Source of the DNA: Bacillales bacterium UBA3946
GTDB taxonomy: Bacteria; Bacillota_I; Bacilli_A; ML615J-28; CAG-698
DNA: 59,679 bases
Reading direction: 5' to 3'
Assembly (NCBI GenBank): GCA_002385575.1
Contig: DGDS01000024.1
Span: forward strand, 14,315 to 73,993
Below are positions 36,763-49,519 of the stretch, in pieces. The translations under genes were made by a program, and so were the position numbers. Position 1 is the stretch's first letter. Each line of letters opens with the position of its first letter. Under the pieces are notes generated by a model that searched no databases, had not been told where the DNA came from, and was given only the letters and a program-made list of their open reading frames with translations.

Positions 36763-38406
36763 ATGAACGACATCTCGAATTTCATAAAAACGATCATGCA
36801 AAGCGATCTGGAATCGGGCAAGGTGAAGGCGATCCAGACCCGTTTCCCGCCCGAACCCAGCGCTTATCTTCATCTCGGCCACGCCCGAGCGATCATCACC
36901 AATTTTGAATTGGCGAAGGTCTTCAGCGGTAAGACCAACCTCCGCTTTGACGACACCAACCCGACCGCGGAAGACAGCGAGTTCGTCGAGGCGATCATCG
37001 AGGATATCAAATGGCTCGGTTACGAGCCGGATCGGATTTGTTTCGGCTCTGACTATTTCGAGGAGACCTACCAGTACGCCGTCAAACTGATCAAGAAGGG
37101 TCTTGCTTATGTCGACGACTTGAGCGCCGAGGAGATCAGCGCCTACCGCGGATCGTTGTCCGATCCCGGCAAACCCTCGCCTTACCGCGACCGGAGCGTC
37201 GAGGAGAACTTACGGTTGTTTACGGAGATGCGGGCCGGGAAATACGAAGAAGGGGAAAAGGTCCTGCGGGCGAAGATCGACATGGCCCACCCCAACATGA
37301 ACATGCGCGACCCGATCCTCTACCGGATCATCAAGGCGCCGCACCACCGCCAGGGAAACAAGTGGGTCATCTATCCGATGTATGATTTCGCCCATCCCTT
37401 GCAGGACGCGATCGAGGGCATTACTCATTCCCTCTGCAGCATCGAGTTTGAAAACCACCGGATCCTCTACGACTGGGTCGTCGATAATTGCGAGCCCGGA
37501 CACAAACCGCAGCAGATTGAATTCGGCCGGCTCAACATCACCAACATGTCGGCGCTGATGAGCAAGCGCTATTTGAAGCGGCTTGTGGCGGCGGGGATCG
37601 TGGACGGGTTTGATGACCCGCGCCTGCCGACGCTCGTCGGGATGAAACGGCGCGGCTACACGCCGGAAGCAATCAAGAACTTCATTCTTGCCTCCGGCCT
37701 TTCCCGCATCAACTCGACCGTCTCAAGCGAGATGCTCGAGCATTTCATGCGCGAGGATCTGAAACTGAAGGCAAAACGGATCATGGCCGTACCCAATCCC
37801 CTCAAAGTCGTTCTGACCAATTATCCCGAGGGGAAAATCGAGTACCTCACCGTCCCGAACAACGTCGAGGCGGAGGAACTCGGCTTCCGGCATGTGCCGT
37901 TTTCCAAATACCTTTACATCGACCGCGACGATTTCTGCCTGACGAAGCCCAACAAGCATTACAAGCGGCTTGCCCTGGGGCTTGAGGTCCGGCTCTTCCA
38001 CGCCTACGTCATCAAGGCGGAAGAGGCGGTCTTTGACGATGAGGGCAACGTCATCGAGGTTCACTGCACTTACGACCCGGAAACGCGCAGCGGAAGCGAA
38101 CTTTCGACGCGGAAGGTGAACGGAATCATCCATTACGTCGAGGCGACGACGGCCCTGCCGGCACGGTTCAATATTTTCGAACCGCTTGTCATCGACAATC
38201 CCGAGGACAAGCGCGACCTATTGGAAAGGATCAACCCCGACTCGTGGATCGTGAAAAACGGATACGTGGAAAACGCGGGGATTGATTATGCGACATCGGA
38301 GCGCTTCCAATTCATCCGCGACGGCTATTACGTCGTGGACAAGGATTCCAAACCCGGGGATCTGGTTTTCAATCAAATCGTGCCGTTGAAATCAAAATTC
38401 AGGTAG
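36763..38406 (+). CDS. glnS: Glutamine--tRNA ligase
   Basis: RFPPEPSAYLHLGH (HIGH), LRFDDTNP, YPMYDFAH, LMSKR (KMSKS). ~547 aa, a length typical of GlnRS. Confidence 0.9.
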   Translation: MNDISNFIKTIMQSDLESGKVKAIQTRFPPEPSAYLHLGHARAIITNFELAKVFSGKTNLRFDDTNPTAEDSEFVEAIIEDIKWLGYEPDRICFGSDYFEETYQYAVKLIKKGLAYVDDLSAEEISAYRGSLSDPGKPSPYRDRSVEENLRLFTEMRAGKYEEGEKVLRAKIDMAHPNMNMRDPILYRIIKAPHHRQGNKWVIYPMYDFAHPLQDAIEGITHSLCSIEFENHRILYDWVVDNCEPGHKPQQIEFGRLNITNMSALMSKRYLKRLVAAGIVDGFDDPRLPTLVGMKRRGYTPEAIKNFILASGLSRINSTVSSEMLEHFMREDLKLKAKRIMAVPNPLKVVLTNYPEGKIEYLTVPNNVEAEELGFRHVPFSKYLYIDRDDFCLTKPNKHYKRLALGLEVRLFHAYVIKAEEAVFDDEGNVIEVHCTYDPETRSGSELSTRKVNGIIHYVEATTALPARFNIFEPLVIDNPEDKRDLLERINPDSWIVKNGYVENAGIDYATSERFQFIRDGYYVVDKDSKPGDLVFNQIVPLKSKFR

Positions 38407-38419
38407 AACGGAGATCAGT

Positions 38420-40534
38420 ATGTTAAGCAACTTGAATGAGCAACAAAAATCTGCGGTGATGGCTACCGAAGGGCCGGTAATGGTGTTTGCCGGCGCCGGT
38501 ACCGGAAAAACCAGGACGCTGACTTATCGGGTTGCTTACATGGTCGATGTGGCCGGCATCAGGCCGGAAAACATCCTTGCGATCACCTTCACCAACAAGG
38601 CCACAAACGAAATGAAGGCGCGCTTGCAGCGGCTGATCGGGATGAATTATTTCGCCGTCACGATCACGACCTTCCATTCCTTCTGCGCCCGCATCCTCAG
38701 GCGCGAGATTGAGGCGCTCGGTTATTCCCGGCATTTCTCGATTCTCGACGAGGACGAGCAGTTGAAGATCATCAACGCGTTTATCAAGGACCTCAAGCTC
38801 GACAAGACCGACTATCCCGGCAAAAGGGTGCAGAAAGTTATAAATTATTACAAGTGTTTTGACGTCATTCCCGACGACCCCGTGATCGGCAAGATCATGA
38901 TGGCATACGAAGAGCATAACCGGAAGTTCAACCTCCTTGATTTCGAGGATTTGCTTCTGAAGGTGGATATGCTGTTTGCCGGGCATCCGGATATCCTTGC
39001 GAAATACGCCCGGATCTACCGTTACGTCCTCGTCGACGAATTCCAGGACACGAGCGTCGTACAGTACCGGATCATGAAGCGGCTTACCGCCGAAAGCCGG
39101 AATTACTTCGTCGTCGGCGACGACGACCAGTCGATCTACAGTTTCCGTGGCGCCAACTATCGCAACATCAAACTCTTCAAAGAGGATTTCCCCGAACACA
39201 GGATCTTCTACCTGACACAGAATTACCGTTCCACCCAGGCGATCCTGGACGGTTGTAACCGCCTGATCGCCAACAACCGGGACCGGGAAAAGAAGAGCCT
39301 TTTTTCCGAGATCCCCGGTTCGAGCGCGGACGTGGTGATCTGTCCGACCTATAGCGAGAAGACGGAAGCCACCTACATCGTCGACCAGGTCTTTACGAAG
39401 AAACTGAAGGGCGAGCCCTATTCCGCCATCGCCGTCCTCGCCCGCAACAGCAGCCTGCTGCGGAACGTCGAGGCGCAGTTCATCCAGGCTGGCATACCCT
39501 ACCGCCTTTACGGCGGGATATCGTATTTCCGTCGTAAGGAAATCAAGGACATCATCGCCTATTTCAAACTTATCCTGGATCACGGCGATACCTTCAGCTT
39601 TCGGCGCATCATCAACACGCCGGCGCGTTCGCTCGGCGAGATCACAATCAACAAGATCGTCGCCATCAAGGAACAACTGGGCGTCGACTTTTTGGAAGCA
39701 ATCGACCATGCCCGAGGTATGATCCCCGCGCCCCGGTATAAGCAGCTCGTCGAGTTTAAGGACACGATTTTGGAACTGACGGAAGCGCTGGAGAAGGCGA
39801 ACCTGGTCGAGATGTGCGAGCTGGTGCTTGAGAAAACCGGATACCGGCAATACCTCGAAGCCGAAGTCGGGGAAGAGGACCGGATCGAAAACGTCGAGGA
39901 ATTCAAAAGCATCCTCTACCAGTACGACGAGGATTTCCCGAACCTGTCCCGGCGCGAGAAACTGGAACGCGCCTTTGACGAGGCCTTCCTGGCCGAGGAC
40001 AATTCCTTCAAGGCCGAAGACGGCGAATACGTGATTTTGTCCACGATCCATTCAGCCAAGGGACTGGAGTTTGATTACGTCTTCGTCATCGGCCTGGAGG
40101 AAAACGTCTTTCCGGGCACCTACCGCCTCCAAAGCGAGGAGGAGATGGAAGAGGAAAGACGGGCCGCTTATGTGGCGTGTACCCGGGCAAAGCGCGGGCT
40201 TTACCTCTTAAACGCGCAAAACCGCCTCCTTTACGGCCAGCGGTTTACGAACAAACCTTCCCGGTTCCTGCTTGAATTCCAGGGCGTCAATTACGAGGAA
40301 TACGAGCGGCACCACACTGAAACCCTCTCCGTTCCAAAAGAAACAAAGGATGCCGATCCGGAGCGCCCGACGCCGGATTATCATGTCGGCGATAAGGTTT
40401 ACCATAACGTCTTCGGACCGGGTATCATCATCGCCATACAAAAGGACGTCGCGCAAATCTTCTTTGACAACACCAAATCGCTCACGAAAATCATGATCGA
40501 CCATCCGGCGCTGAACAAGGCAGCGAAAGAATGA
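38420..40534 (+). CDS. pcrA: ATP-dependent DNA helicase PcrA/UvrD (SF1A)
   Basis: LNEQQ..AV, AGAGTGKTRTL, VDEFQDT, GDDDQSIYSFRGA, TIHSAKGLEF and ERR.AYVA.TRA motifs. Confidence 0.93.
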   Translation: MLSNLNEQQKSAVMATEGPVMVFAGAGTGKTRTLTYRVAYMVDVAGIRPENILAITFTNKATNEMKARLQRLIGMNYFAVTITTFHSFCARILRREIEALGYSRHFSILDEDEQLKIINAFIKDLKLDKTDYPGKRVQKVINYYKCFDVIPDDPVIGKIMMAYEEHNRKFNLLDFEDLLLKVDMLFAGHPDILAKYARIYRYVLVDEFQDTSVVQYRIMKRLTAESRNYFVVGDDDQSIYSFRGANYRNIKLFKEDFPEHRIFYLTQNYRSTQAILDGCNRLIANNRDREKKSLFSEIPGSSADVVICPTYSEKTEATYIVDQVFTKKLKGEPYSAIAVLARNSSLLRNVEAQFIQAGIPYRLYGGISYFRRKEIKDIIAYFKLILDHGDTFSFRRIINTPARSLGEITINKIVAIKEQLGVDFLEAIDHARGMIPAPRYKQLVEFKDTILELTEALEKANLVEMCELVLEKTGYRQYLEAEVGEEDRIENVEEFKSILYQYDEDFPNLSRREKLERAFDEAFLAEDNSFKAEDGEYVILSTIHSAKGLEFDYVFVIGLEENVFPGTYRLQSEEEMEEERRAAYVACTRAKRGLYLLNAQNRLLYGQRFTNKPSRFLLEFQGVNYEEYERHHTETLSVPKETKDADPERPTPDYHVGDKVYHNVFGPGIIIAIQKDVAQIFFDNTKSLTKIMIDHPALNKAAKE

Positions 40535-40576
40535 CCAATGCCTTTTCCGCCCGCAGGGTCGCATAGACATAAAAAA

Positions 40577-40614
40577 AAGTATATAGAACGGCGTTTCGTT
40601 ATATATACTTTTTA
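40577..40614 (+). terminator. Intrinsic terminator after pcrA
   Basis: Long hairpin AAGTATATAGAACG-loop-CGTTATATATACTT (one mismatch) followed by TTTTATTATT. Confidence 0.65.
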
Positions 40615-40640
40615 TTATTGTCATAAAATCTTAATTTCGA

Positions 40641-42681
<2,041 letters not shown>

Positions 42682-42682
42682 C

Positions 42683-45499
42683 ATGCAGAAATATATTGAT
42701 ATCAAAGGCGCGCGGGAGAACAATTTAAAGAATATAAACTTAAAGATACCGAAGGATAAACTGATCGTGATGACGGGATTATCCGGAAGCGGGAAAACAT
42801 CACTCGCCTTTGATACAATATATGCCGAAGGCCAGCGCCGTTACGTCGAGAGTCTTTCCGCTTACGCCCGGCAGTTCCTCGGCAACGTCGACAAGCCCGA
42901 CGTTGACTTAATCGAGGGCTTATCGCCGGCGATCTCCATCGACCAGCGGACGACCCATAAGAACCCGCGGTCGACGGTCGGCACGGTGACCGAGATCTAC
43001 GATCATCTGCGGCTTCTTTACGCCCGGATCGGCGTCCCTCATTGTCCGCACCACCATATTCCGATCACGGCGCAGACCATCGAGCAGATGCTGACGCGGA
43101 TTTACGAGTATCCCGAAGGGACGCGGATCAATATCTACAGCCCGATCGTCGCCGGCCAGAAGGGAACGCATGAAAAAACGCTGGAACTGATCCGCCGGGA
43201 AGGATTCGGAAAGGTCCGCCTCAACGGCGAGATCATCGATATCGACGAAGAGATCAAACTCGATAAAAACAAAAAGCATAGCATCGACGTCGTCATCGAC
43301 CGGATCAGGTTGCGCGATGACGCCCGCTCCCGGATCTATCATTCGCTGGAGACGGCGCTGAAGTTCGGGGACGGGAAAGTGATCGTCGATTTCGAAGGCC
43401 GCGAGCTGGTCTTCAGCGAACAGTTCGCCTGCCCTTATTGCGATTTTTCCATTCCGAAGCTTGAGCCGCGGCTGTTTTCGTTCAACTCGCCGTTCGGCGC
43501 CTGTCCGGAATGCAAGGGGCTCGGGGTATTGCAAAAGATCGATGAGAACTTGTTGATCACCGATCCAAAGAAATCGATCCGCGAGGGCGCGATCAAGTAT
43601 CTGCGCTACATCGTCGACACCGATAACATCGAGTGGCAACTGTTCGAACGGATGGCCGCCCATTACCATATCGATCTGGACAAGCCGTACGAGGAACTCA
43701 CCGCCGAGGAAAAGGACATCATCATGTACGGTTCGAAGGAACCGATCTCCTACGAGATCACCTCCCGCAACAATTACACCTTCCGGCGCACGAACCGGAT
43801 CGAGGGCATTGCCGCCCTCATTGAGCGGCGGTACCTGGAAACGAAGTCGAACATGTCGCGGGAGTATTACGGCAGTTACCTGCGCGACGTCGTCTGTCCG
43901 GTGTGCGGCGGAAAGCGGTTATCGCCGGCGGCTTTAAGCGTTCTTATCGGCGGTAAGAATATCGCCGATTTCACCGAAATGTCGGTCCTCGAGGCCCGAA
44001 AGTTCCTCGATGAACTCAAACTCACGGACACGGAACGGATGATCGCCGACATGGTGCTGCGCCAGCTGCGCGAGCGCCTTGATTTCCTGATCAACGTCGG
44101 ACTTGAATATCTGACCCTGTCCCGGGCAAGCGGCACCCTGTCGGGCGGCGAGAGCCAAAGGATCCGGCTGGCGACACAAATCGGATCCCGCCTGACCGGC
44201 GTCCTCTATGTCCTGGACGAGCCCTCGATCGGCCTCCACCAGCGCGATAACGCCCGCCTGATCAGGGCGCTTAAGGAAATGCGCGATCTTGGCAACACGT
44301 TGATCGTCGTCGAGCATGACGAGGAGATCATGCGTCAGGCCGATTACATCGTCGACGTCGGTCCCCTGGCCGGGGAAGCCGGCGGCCGGGTCGTCGCGGC
44401 GGGGACGCCGGAAGAAGTCATGGCCTGTCCTGGCAGCCTGACCGGTCAGTATTTGGCGGGGGTAAAGACCATCCCGGTTCCGGAAAAACGCCGCCCCGGT
44501 AATGGTAAAACCATCAAGGTCATTAACGCCCACGGAAACAACCTGAAAAACATCGATGTGGAGATCCCGCTCGGCGCGCTGACCGTCTGTACCGGCGTGT
44601 CTGGTTCCGGGAAATCCACCCTCATCAACGACATCCTGCTGCACGAGTTACGGCGGCGGATATACAAGACCCAGGATAAGCCGGCGGCTTGTGACGACAT
44701 CGTCGGCTGGGAACAGATCGAACGGATCATCGACATCAACCAGCAGCCGATCGGCCGGACGCCGCGGAGCAACCCGGCGACCTACACCGGTGTTTTCGAC
44801 CATATCCGCGAGCTTTATGCTTCGACGGTCGAAGCGAAAATGCGCGGTTACCAGAAAGGCCGTTTTTCCTTCAACGTCAAGGGCGGTCGCTGCGAACGGT
44901 GCGGCGGCGACGGCGTGATCCGGATCGAGATGCTCTTCCTTCCCGACGTGTACATCCCCTGCGAGGAATGCAACGGGTCCCGGTACAACTCGGAGACCCT
45001 GGAAGTCAAATACCGCGGGAAGACGATCGCCGACGTTTTGAACATGACCGTCGACGAAGCCCTGGAGTTTTTCGATAAGATCCCGGCAATCAAGAACCAG
45101 CTTTCGACGCTAAGCGCCGTCGGGCTCGGATACATCAAACTCGGCCAGAGCGCCACGACGCTTTCGGGCGGCGAGGCGCAGCGCGTCAAACTTGCGAGTG
45201 AATTGCACAAGCGCATCACCGAACGGACCATCTACCTGCTCGACGAGCCGACGACCGGCCTCCATTCCGAGGATGTGAAGAACTTCCTCCAAGTAATCAA
45301 TTACATCGTCGACCAGGGGGCCACCGTCATCATCATCGAGCATAACCTGCACGTGATCAAGAACGCCGATTACATCATCGATCTGGGACCGGAAGGGGGA
45401 GTTTACGGCGGCCAGGTGATTTGCGCCGGCACGCCGGAGGAGGTCATGGGATGCCCCGCGTCTTATACGGGGCAGTACCTGACACAAATCCTGAAATAA
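42683..45499 (+). CDS. uvrA: Excinuclease ABC subunit A
   Basis: 938 aa. Two ABC modules ([14 protein letters not shown]; [10 protein letters not shown]), two LSGGE signatures, and Zn modules (CPYC..CPEC; [10 protein letters not shown]). Confidence 0.95.
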   Translation: MQKYIDIKGARENNLKNINLKIPKDKLIVMTGLSGSGKTSLAFDTIYAEGQRRYVESLSAYARQFLGNVDKPDVDLIEGLSPAISIDQRTTHKNPRSTVGTVTEIYDHLRLLYARIGVPHCPHHHIPITAQTIEQMLTRIYEYPEGTRINIYSPIVAGQKGTHEKTLELIRREGFGKVRLNGEIIDIDEEIKLDKNKKHSIDVVIDRIRLRDDARSRIYHSLETALKFGDGKVIVDFEGRELVFSEQFACPYCDFSIPKLEPRLFSFNSPFGACPECKGLGVLQKIDENLLITDPKKSIREGAIKYLRYIVDTDNIEWQLFERMAAHYHIDLDKPYEELTAEEKDIIMYGSKEPISYEITSRNNYTFRRTNRIEGIAALIERRYLETKSNMSREYYGSYLRDVVCPVCGGKRLSPAALSVLIGGKNIADFTEMSVLEARKFLDELKLTDTERMIADMVLRQLRERLDFLINVGLEYLTLSRASGTLSGGESQRIRLATQIGSRLTGVLYVLDEPSIGLHQRDNARLIRALKEMRDLGNTLIVVEHDEEIMRQADYIVDVGPLAGEAGGRVVAAGTPEEVMACPGSLTGQYLAGVKTIPVPEKRRPGNGKTIKVINAHGNNLKNIDVEIPLGALTVCTGVSGSGKSTLINDILLHELRRRIYKTQDKPAACDDIVGWEQIERIIDINQQPIGRTPRSNPATYTGVFDHIRELYASTVEAKMRGYQKGRFSFNVKGGRCERCGGDGVIRIEMLFLPDVYIPCEECNGSRYNSETLEVKYRGKTIADVLNMTVDEALEFFDKIPAIKNQLSTLSAVGLGYIKLGQSATTLSGGEAQRVKLASELHKRITERTIYLLDEPTTGLHSEDVKNFLQVINYIVDQGATVIIIEHNLHVIKNADYIIDLGPEGGVYGGQVICAGTPEEVMGCPASYTGQYLTQILK

Positions 45500-45534
45500 G
45501 GGTGATAAGTCTTTTGGCAAGGTATGTTTTCTAT

Positions 45535-46053
45535 ATGATTGCCAGCATTTCGTTTTATGTCTTAATCAGCGAGATCATCAAGGTCCTGGATATTTTCCTG
45601 CCCGCCACCGGGATAATCTTGACCGTTTTGTTCGCAGCGGCGGTCGTCGCCTATGACATAAATAAAACCGCCATATCCTTCGGCTGCTATCTGGCTTTCG
45701 TTGCCGTGTTCCTTTTGTTTCGCCGGCGGCCGGAGAACAATGCGAATTTTGCATTTTATTTATGGAAATGGTTTAAAATAATAGGTAGCAACCGCACCGT
45801 GTTCATCAACGTCTTCGGAAACCTGCTGCTCTTCCTTCCCGTCCTGATCTACGTCAGGAACCGCTACGATTACCTCATCGCTTTGGGATTGATCCTGTTG
45901 TTTGAGGGATTGCAGTATGTGACCGGACGGGGCGTCTTTGATGTCGTCGACATCTTCCTGAATGCGGCGGGAGTGACGGTTGGAAAAGCGATCGCGATGG
46001 TGAGCGGGCGACTTCGCGCCCATAATAATGAAAGGAGAACCGTCGGAACTTGA
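45535..46053 (+). CDS. VanZ-like family membrane protein
   Basis: 4-5 TM helices. NVFGNLLLFLP..., LLFEGLQYVTGRGVFDVVDIFLNAAGV matches the VanZ pattern. ATG 45535 is chosen so that uvrA is not overlapped. TTG 45514 is also possible. Confidence 0.68.
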   Translation: MIASISFYVLISEIIKVLDIFLPATGIILTVLFAAAVVAYDINKTAISFGCYLAFVAVFLLFRRRPENNANFAFYLWKWFKIIGSNRTVFINVFGNLLLFLPVLIYVRNRYDYLIALGLILLFEGLQYVTGRGVFDVVDIFLNAAGVTVGKAIAMVSGRLRAHNNERRTVGT

Positions 46054-46073
46054 ATGTGACGACGGTATGAGCC

Positions 46074-46646
46074 ATGGATAAAGAGAAAAACACCGGCGAA
46101 ACGCCGGAACAAAATACGCCGGTGCCGCCGGATGAAAAGGAAACGCCGGATTTGTCTCACGAGCAGCTGGAAAAGCTCATCCAACGTTATCGGGAGGCGG
46201 GCGGCAGCGAAGGCGGGAAAATAAAGACCGCGCGGGTGCGGATCAAGAGACCATCCTGGAAACAATTATTACTGTCCTTGCTTGTGAGTTATTTGGTCGA
46301 CTTGTTCCTGACCGTCGCCTTAAGCGGTTATCTGGGGTTTGCGGAGCACGACTGGTTGAGCATCGTGTTATTCAGTTTGATCTTCACGACGACCGAGGCG
46401 TTACTCAGGATGGTCGTGATCAGGTTTGTGACGAAGCTGTTCATGATGTCATTCGGGATGATTTCGATCCCGATCACGATTCTTTCGTTTGTGTTCGCGA
46501 CCCTGGTCACGCCGGGACTGGTTATCGAATCGACCGGACGGTTGATCCTGTTCTTCATCATCTTCATGATCATCAGACTATTGTTTAGAATATTCATGAT
46601 GCGAAAGAGCATCATAAACCAACTGCGGGGTACGAAAAATGACTAA
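46074..46646 (+). CDS. Hypothetical membrane protein (acidic/Pro-rich N-terminus plus 4 TM helices; DUF360-like topology)
   Basis: A consistent open frame with host-like codon usage and 4 hydrophobic helices. The RBS is weak. Confidence 0.6.
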   Translation: MDKEKNTGETPEQNTPVPPDEKETPDLSHEQLEKLIQRYREAGGSEGGKIKTARVRIKRPSWKQLLLSLLVSYLVDLFLTVALSGYLGFAEHDWLSIVLFSLIFTTTEALLRMVVIRFVTKLFMMSFGMISIPITILSFVFATLVTPGLVIESTGRLILFFIIFMIIRLLFRIFMMRKSIINQLRGTKND

Positions 46647-47649
46647 AAACGCGAAATTAAACAAAATCGCAATGGCCGTCGTCATCGTCCTTATGATGTT
46701 TCTGACGGGCTGCGGCGTCCGGAAGTCGGTTGATTCCGCCGGCAACGAGATCACGATCATCGAGCGGGAAGCTTTTTCCCTGTTCGGCTGGCGCAACGTT
46801 TACTGGTATGCGATCATGATCATAACTGGTTTGACCCTTGCCTTCCTTTTCGGCCTGTATATCGCCGGGAAGATCGGCTTCGACAAAAACGCCCTTTATG
46901 ACGGCATCATCTTCGGGGCGTTGCTCGGGATCCTGGGCGCCCGCTTGTGGTATGTGGCGTTTGCCTGGGATGAGGGCAATTTCACCTTTGCCAAGATCTT
47001 CACGGGCTTTCTCGATGAGGAAGGCGGACTCGCCATCCACGGCGCCGTCTTCGCGGCCGGGATCTTCGCTTACTTTTTCGCCAAAAAACGCAAACTCGAC
47101 ATTTATAAACTCGGCGAGATGTTCGCGCCCGGGTTTTTGATCGGCCAGGTGTTCGGCCGCTGGGGCAACTTCTTTAACCAGGAGGCGCACGGCGGACCGA
47201 TCGCAAGCACGGTGGCGGAAGGCCGCGCCTTTCTGGAGAGACTCCATCTGCCGCGTTTCATCATCGACCAGATGTACATCCGCGAAAACGGCGTGACCAC
47301 CTACATGCATCCGACATTCCTGTATGAGTCGTTGTGGAACTTCGTCGGCTTGATGATCATCATCATCGTCCGCCGGTTTTCGAAGAAATACTGGATGGGA
47401 GATGCGGTGTTGTTTTATCTCGTCTGGTACGGCGCCGGCCGGTTCATGATCGAATCGATCCGCACCGACGCCCTGACTTTCAAATTGTTCGGAATGACGT
47501 TCCGGACGGCGCAGGTCGTCTCGGTCATCATGATGATCGCCGGGCTCACGTTATTCATCCTCCGGCGCGTGTTCAAAATCTATCCCCGTTCCTACATTGA
47601 AATCGTAAACGAGGTAAAGGCGCAGAAACAAGCGGCGGCACAAAACTAA
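46639..47649 (+). CDS. lgt: Phosphatidylglycerol--prolipoprotein diacylglyceryl transferase
   Basis: YWYAIMI, GARLWYV, GLAIHGA, GRWGNFFNQEAHG and HPTFLYESLWN motifs. Confidence 0.92.
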   Translation: MTKNAKLNKIAMAVVIVLMMFLTGCGVRKSVDSAGNEITIIEREAFSLFGWRNVYWYAIMIITGLTLAFLFGLYIAGKIGFDKNALYDGIIFGALLGILGARLWYVAFAWDEGNFTFAKIFTGFLDEEGGLAIHGAVFAAGIFAYFFAKKRKLDIYKLGEMFAPGFLIGQVFGRWGNFFNQEAHGGPIASTVAEGRAFLERLHLPRFIIDQMYIRENGVTTYMHPTFLYESLWNFVGLMIIIIVRRFSKKYWMGDAVLFYLVWYGAGRFMIESIRTDALTFKLFGMTFRTAQVVSVIMMIAGLTLFILRRVFKIYPRSYIEIVNEVKAQKQAAAQN

Positions 47650-47663
47650 TTGGAGGTTTCGCA

Positions 47664-48569
47664 ATGTACGATGTTGTGATCGTCGGGGCCGGCCCGGCCG
47701 GCATGACGGCGGCGATATACGCTTTAAGGAACAACATGCGCGTGGCGCTCGTGGAGAAGAACGTTCCCGGCGGCGTCGTCGTGACCACGGCGGTCGTGGA
47801 GAACTACCCGGGGTTTGCGAAAATCGAGGGTCCCTCCCTCGCCTACGCGATGTTCGAGCAGGCGACATCGCTCGGCGCCGAGTATATCGGCGCAACCGTG
47901 AACGGGATCAGCGTCCACGACGGCTTTTTCACCGTCACGACCGATAACGAGTCCCTGCGTGCAAAAACGGTCATCATCGCCAGCGGCACCGCGCAAAAAC
48001 GCCTGGGTGTTCCCGGTGAGGACCGGTATGCGGGCCGGGGTGTCTCGTGGTGCGCGATCTGCGACGGATCGCTGTACAAAGACGAGGATGTGGCCGTGGT
48101 CGGCGGCGGAAACAGCGCCCTCGACGAGACGATCTACCTCGCCAACCTCGCAAGCAAGGTCTACCTCATCCACCGACGCGACCAGTTCCGGGCCGAGAGG
48201 AGTCTTGTGGACAGGGTGCGGGAACTGAAGAACGTGGAACTGGTTCTAAACGCCCGGGTCGTGGAATTCTTCGGCGCCGACACGCTGCAGGGCGTGACCG
48301 TCGAAAACCTTGAAACGAAAGAGCAGAGGCAGCTTGCGGTCAGGGCATGTTTCGAATACATCGGGACGCTTCCCGCGACCGACTTCGTCCGGGATCTTGG
48401 GATCCTGGCGGAGAACGGTTATATCAAGGTGGACAAGAATTGCGAGACGGCAATCAAAGGCCTGTTTGCCTGCGGCGATGTCATCGACAAAGACGTCCGG
48501 CAGATCGCGACCGCGGTCAGCGACGGGGCGATCGCCGCGCTGAACGCGATAAAATATTGTAACCGGTAG
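47664..48569 (+). CDS. trxB: Thioredoxin-disulfide reductase
   Basis: VIVGAGPAGMTAAIY, ENYPGF, redox centre CAICDG, VVGGGNSALDE, FACGDV. Confidence 0.93.
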   Translation: MYDVVIVGAGPAGMTAAIYALRNNMRVALVEKNVPGGVVVTTAVVENYPGFAKIEGPSLAYAMFEQATSLGAEYIGATVNGISVHDGFFTVTTDNESLRAKTVIIASGTAQKRLGVPGEDRYAGRGVSWCAICDGSLYKDEDVAVVGGGNSALDETIYLANLASKVYLIHRRDQFRAERSLVDRVRELKNVELVLNARVVEFFGADTLQGVTVENLETKEQRQLAVRACFEYIGTLPATDFVRDLGILAENGYIKVDKNCETAIKGLFACGDVIDKDVRQIATAVSDGAIAALNAIKYCNR

Positions 48570-48575
48570 GATGAG

Positions 48576-49511
48576 ATGTCGTTTTCAGGCGATGTAAAGA
48601 AAGAATTAAGCAGCATCCCGCTGAATGATTGCTGCCTCAAGGCCGAACTCTTCTCCGCCGTCCGGATGCGCGCCGACATCAATCGCGTTCCCGGTGGCGC
48701 CGTTATCTCGTTTTCCACGACGCAAAACACTGCCGCACGGCGAATCATCTTCTTGCTTAAGAAGATCTACGACGTCAGGGCCGACTTGAAAATAAAAAGC
48801 AAGAAAGATGTCGACGAGAAATCCTTCTACCGCATCAGCTTTACGGACGAAGGCGAAGCGATCCTCCGGGATCTGGGCATCGTCGCTCCTGACGGAAACA
48901 TGTCCGATGCCGGTTACCGGTTTGAAAACGACTGCTGTAAGGCGAGCATCCTTCGCGGCGCCTTCCTGGCCCGGGGTTCGATCAACGATCCCCAAGCTTC
49001 GGACTACCATCTGGAGATAACCGCTCCCGACGAAGGGGAGGCCCGGATGCTTCTGGAGATCCTTAAGGAGATCAGCATTGAGGCGAAAACGGTCAAACGG
49101 CCGAAAGGCATCGTCGTGTATATCAAAAAAGGCGAGCAGATCGCCGACTTTCTGAAATACGTCGGCGCCAGCAACGCCCTGTTCGCTTTCGAGGATATCC
49201 GGATCAAGAAGGATCTGAGCAATTACGTCAACCGGATCATGAACTGCGACGTCGCCAACGAACAGAAGGCGATCGCCACCGCCGCTAAGCAGCTTGAGCA
49301 CATCGAGTTTCTCGAAAAGCATTACGGATTCGTCAACCTCACGCCGCGGCTGATCGACGCGATCATCCTACGGACGCATTATCCCGACGACTCCCTGTCG
49401 CAGTTGAGCGAGAAATCGGTCGAAACAGTCAACCGCTATATCTCCAAGTCCGGTCTGAGCCATTGTTTCCGCGACATCGAGAGACTGGTGGAAAAAATAA
49501 AAAAAGAATAA
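48576..49511 (+). CDS. whiA: DNA-binding protein WhiA
   Basis: MSFS.DVK.EL, LAGLIDADG-derived middle domain pattern (RGAFLARGSINDP), C-terminal HTH (SLSQLSEKS...ISKSGL.H). Confidence 0.92.
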   Translation: MSFSGDVKKELSSIPLNDCCLKAELFSAVRMRADINRVPGGAVISFSTTQNTAARRIIFLLKKIYDVRADLKIKSKKDVDEKSFYRISFTDEGEAILRDLGIVAPDGNMSDAGYRFENDCCKASILRGAFLARGSINDPQASDYHLEITAPDEGEARMLLEILKEISIEAKTVKRPKGIVVYIKKGEQIADFLKYVGASNALFAFEDIRIKKDLSNYVNRIMNCDVANEQKAIATAAKQLEHIEFLEKHYGFVNLTPRLIDAIILRTHYPDDSLSQLSEKSVETVNRYISKSGLSHCFRDIERLVEKIKKE

Positions 49512-49519
49512 GCACTGGC

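Noticed and set aside
36745-36775. T-box leader upstream of glnS
   Set aside because: Only 5 nt separate the B3/4 stop from the glnS ATG, so there is no space for a leader. glnS must be co-transcribed.
38423-40051. 542-aa ORF antisense to pcrA
   Set aside because: It is exactly in codon register with pcrA on the opposite strand. It ends where pcrA uses a TTA codon (38423..38425, whose reverse complement is TAA). An in-register antisense frame only acquires stops at sense TTA, CTA or TCA codons, which are rare in this genome. It has no RBS, a low-complexity D/V/L/F/G-rich composition, and pcrA is unambiguous.
45421-45534. Upstream extension of the VanZ-like ORF overlapping the uvrA 3' end
   Set aside because: The extension lies inside uvrA in another frame. 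The hydrophobic VanZ-like sequence starts after the uvrA stop.
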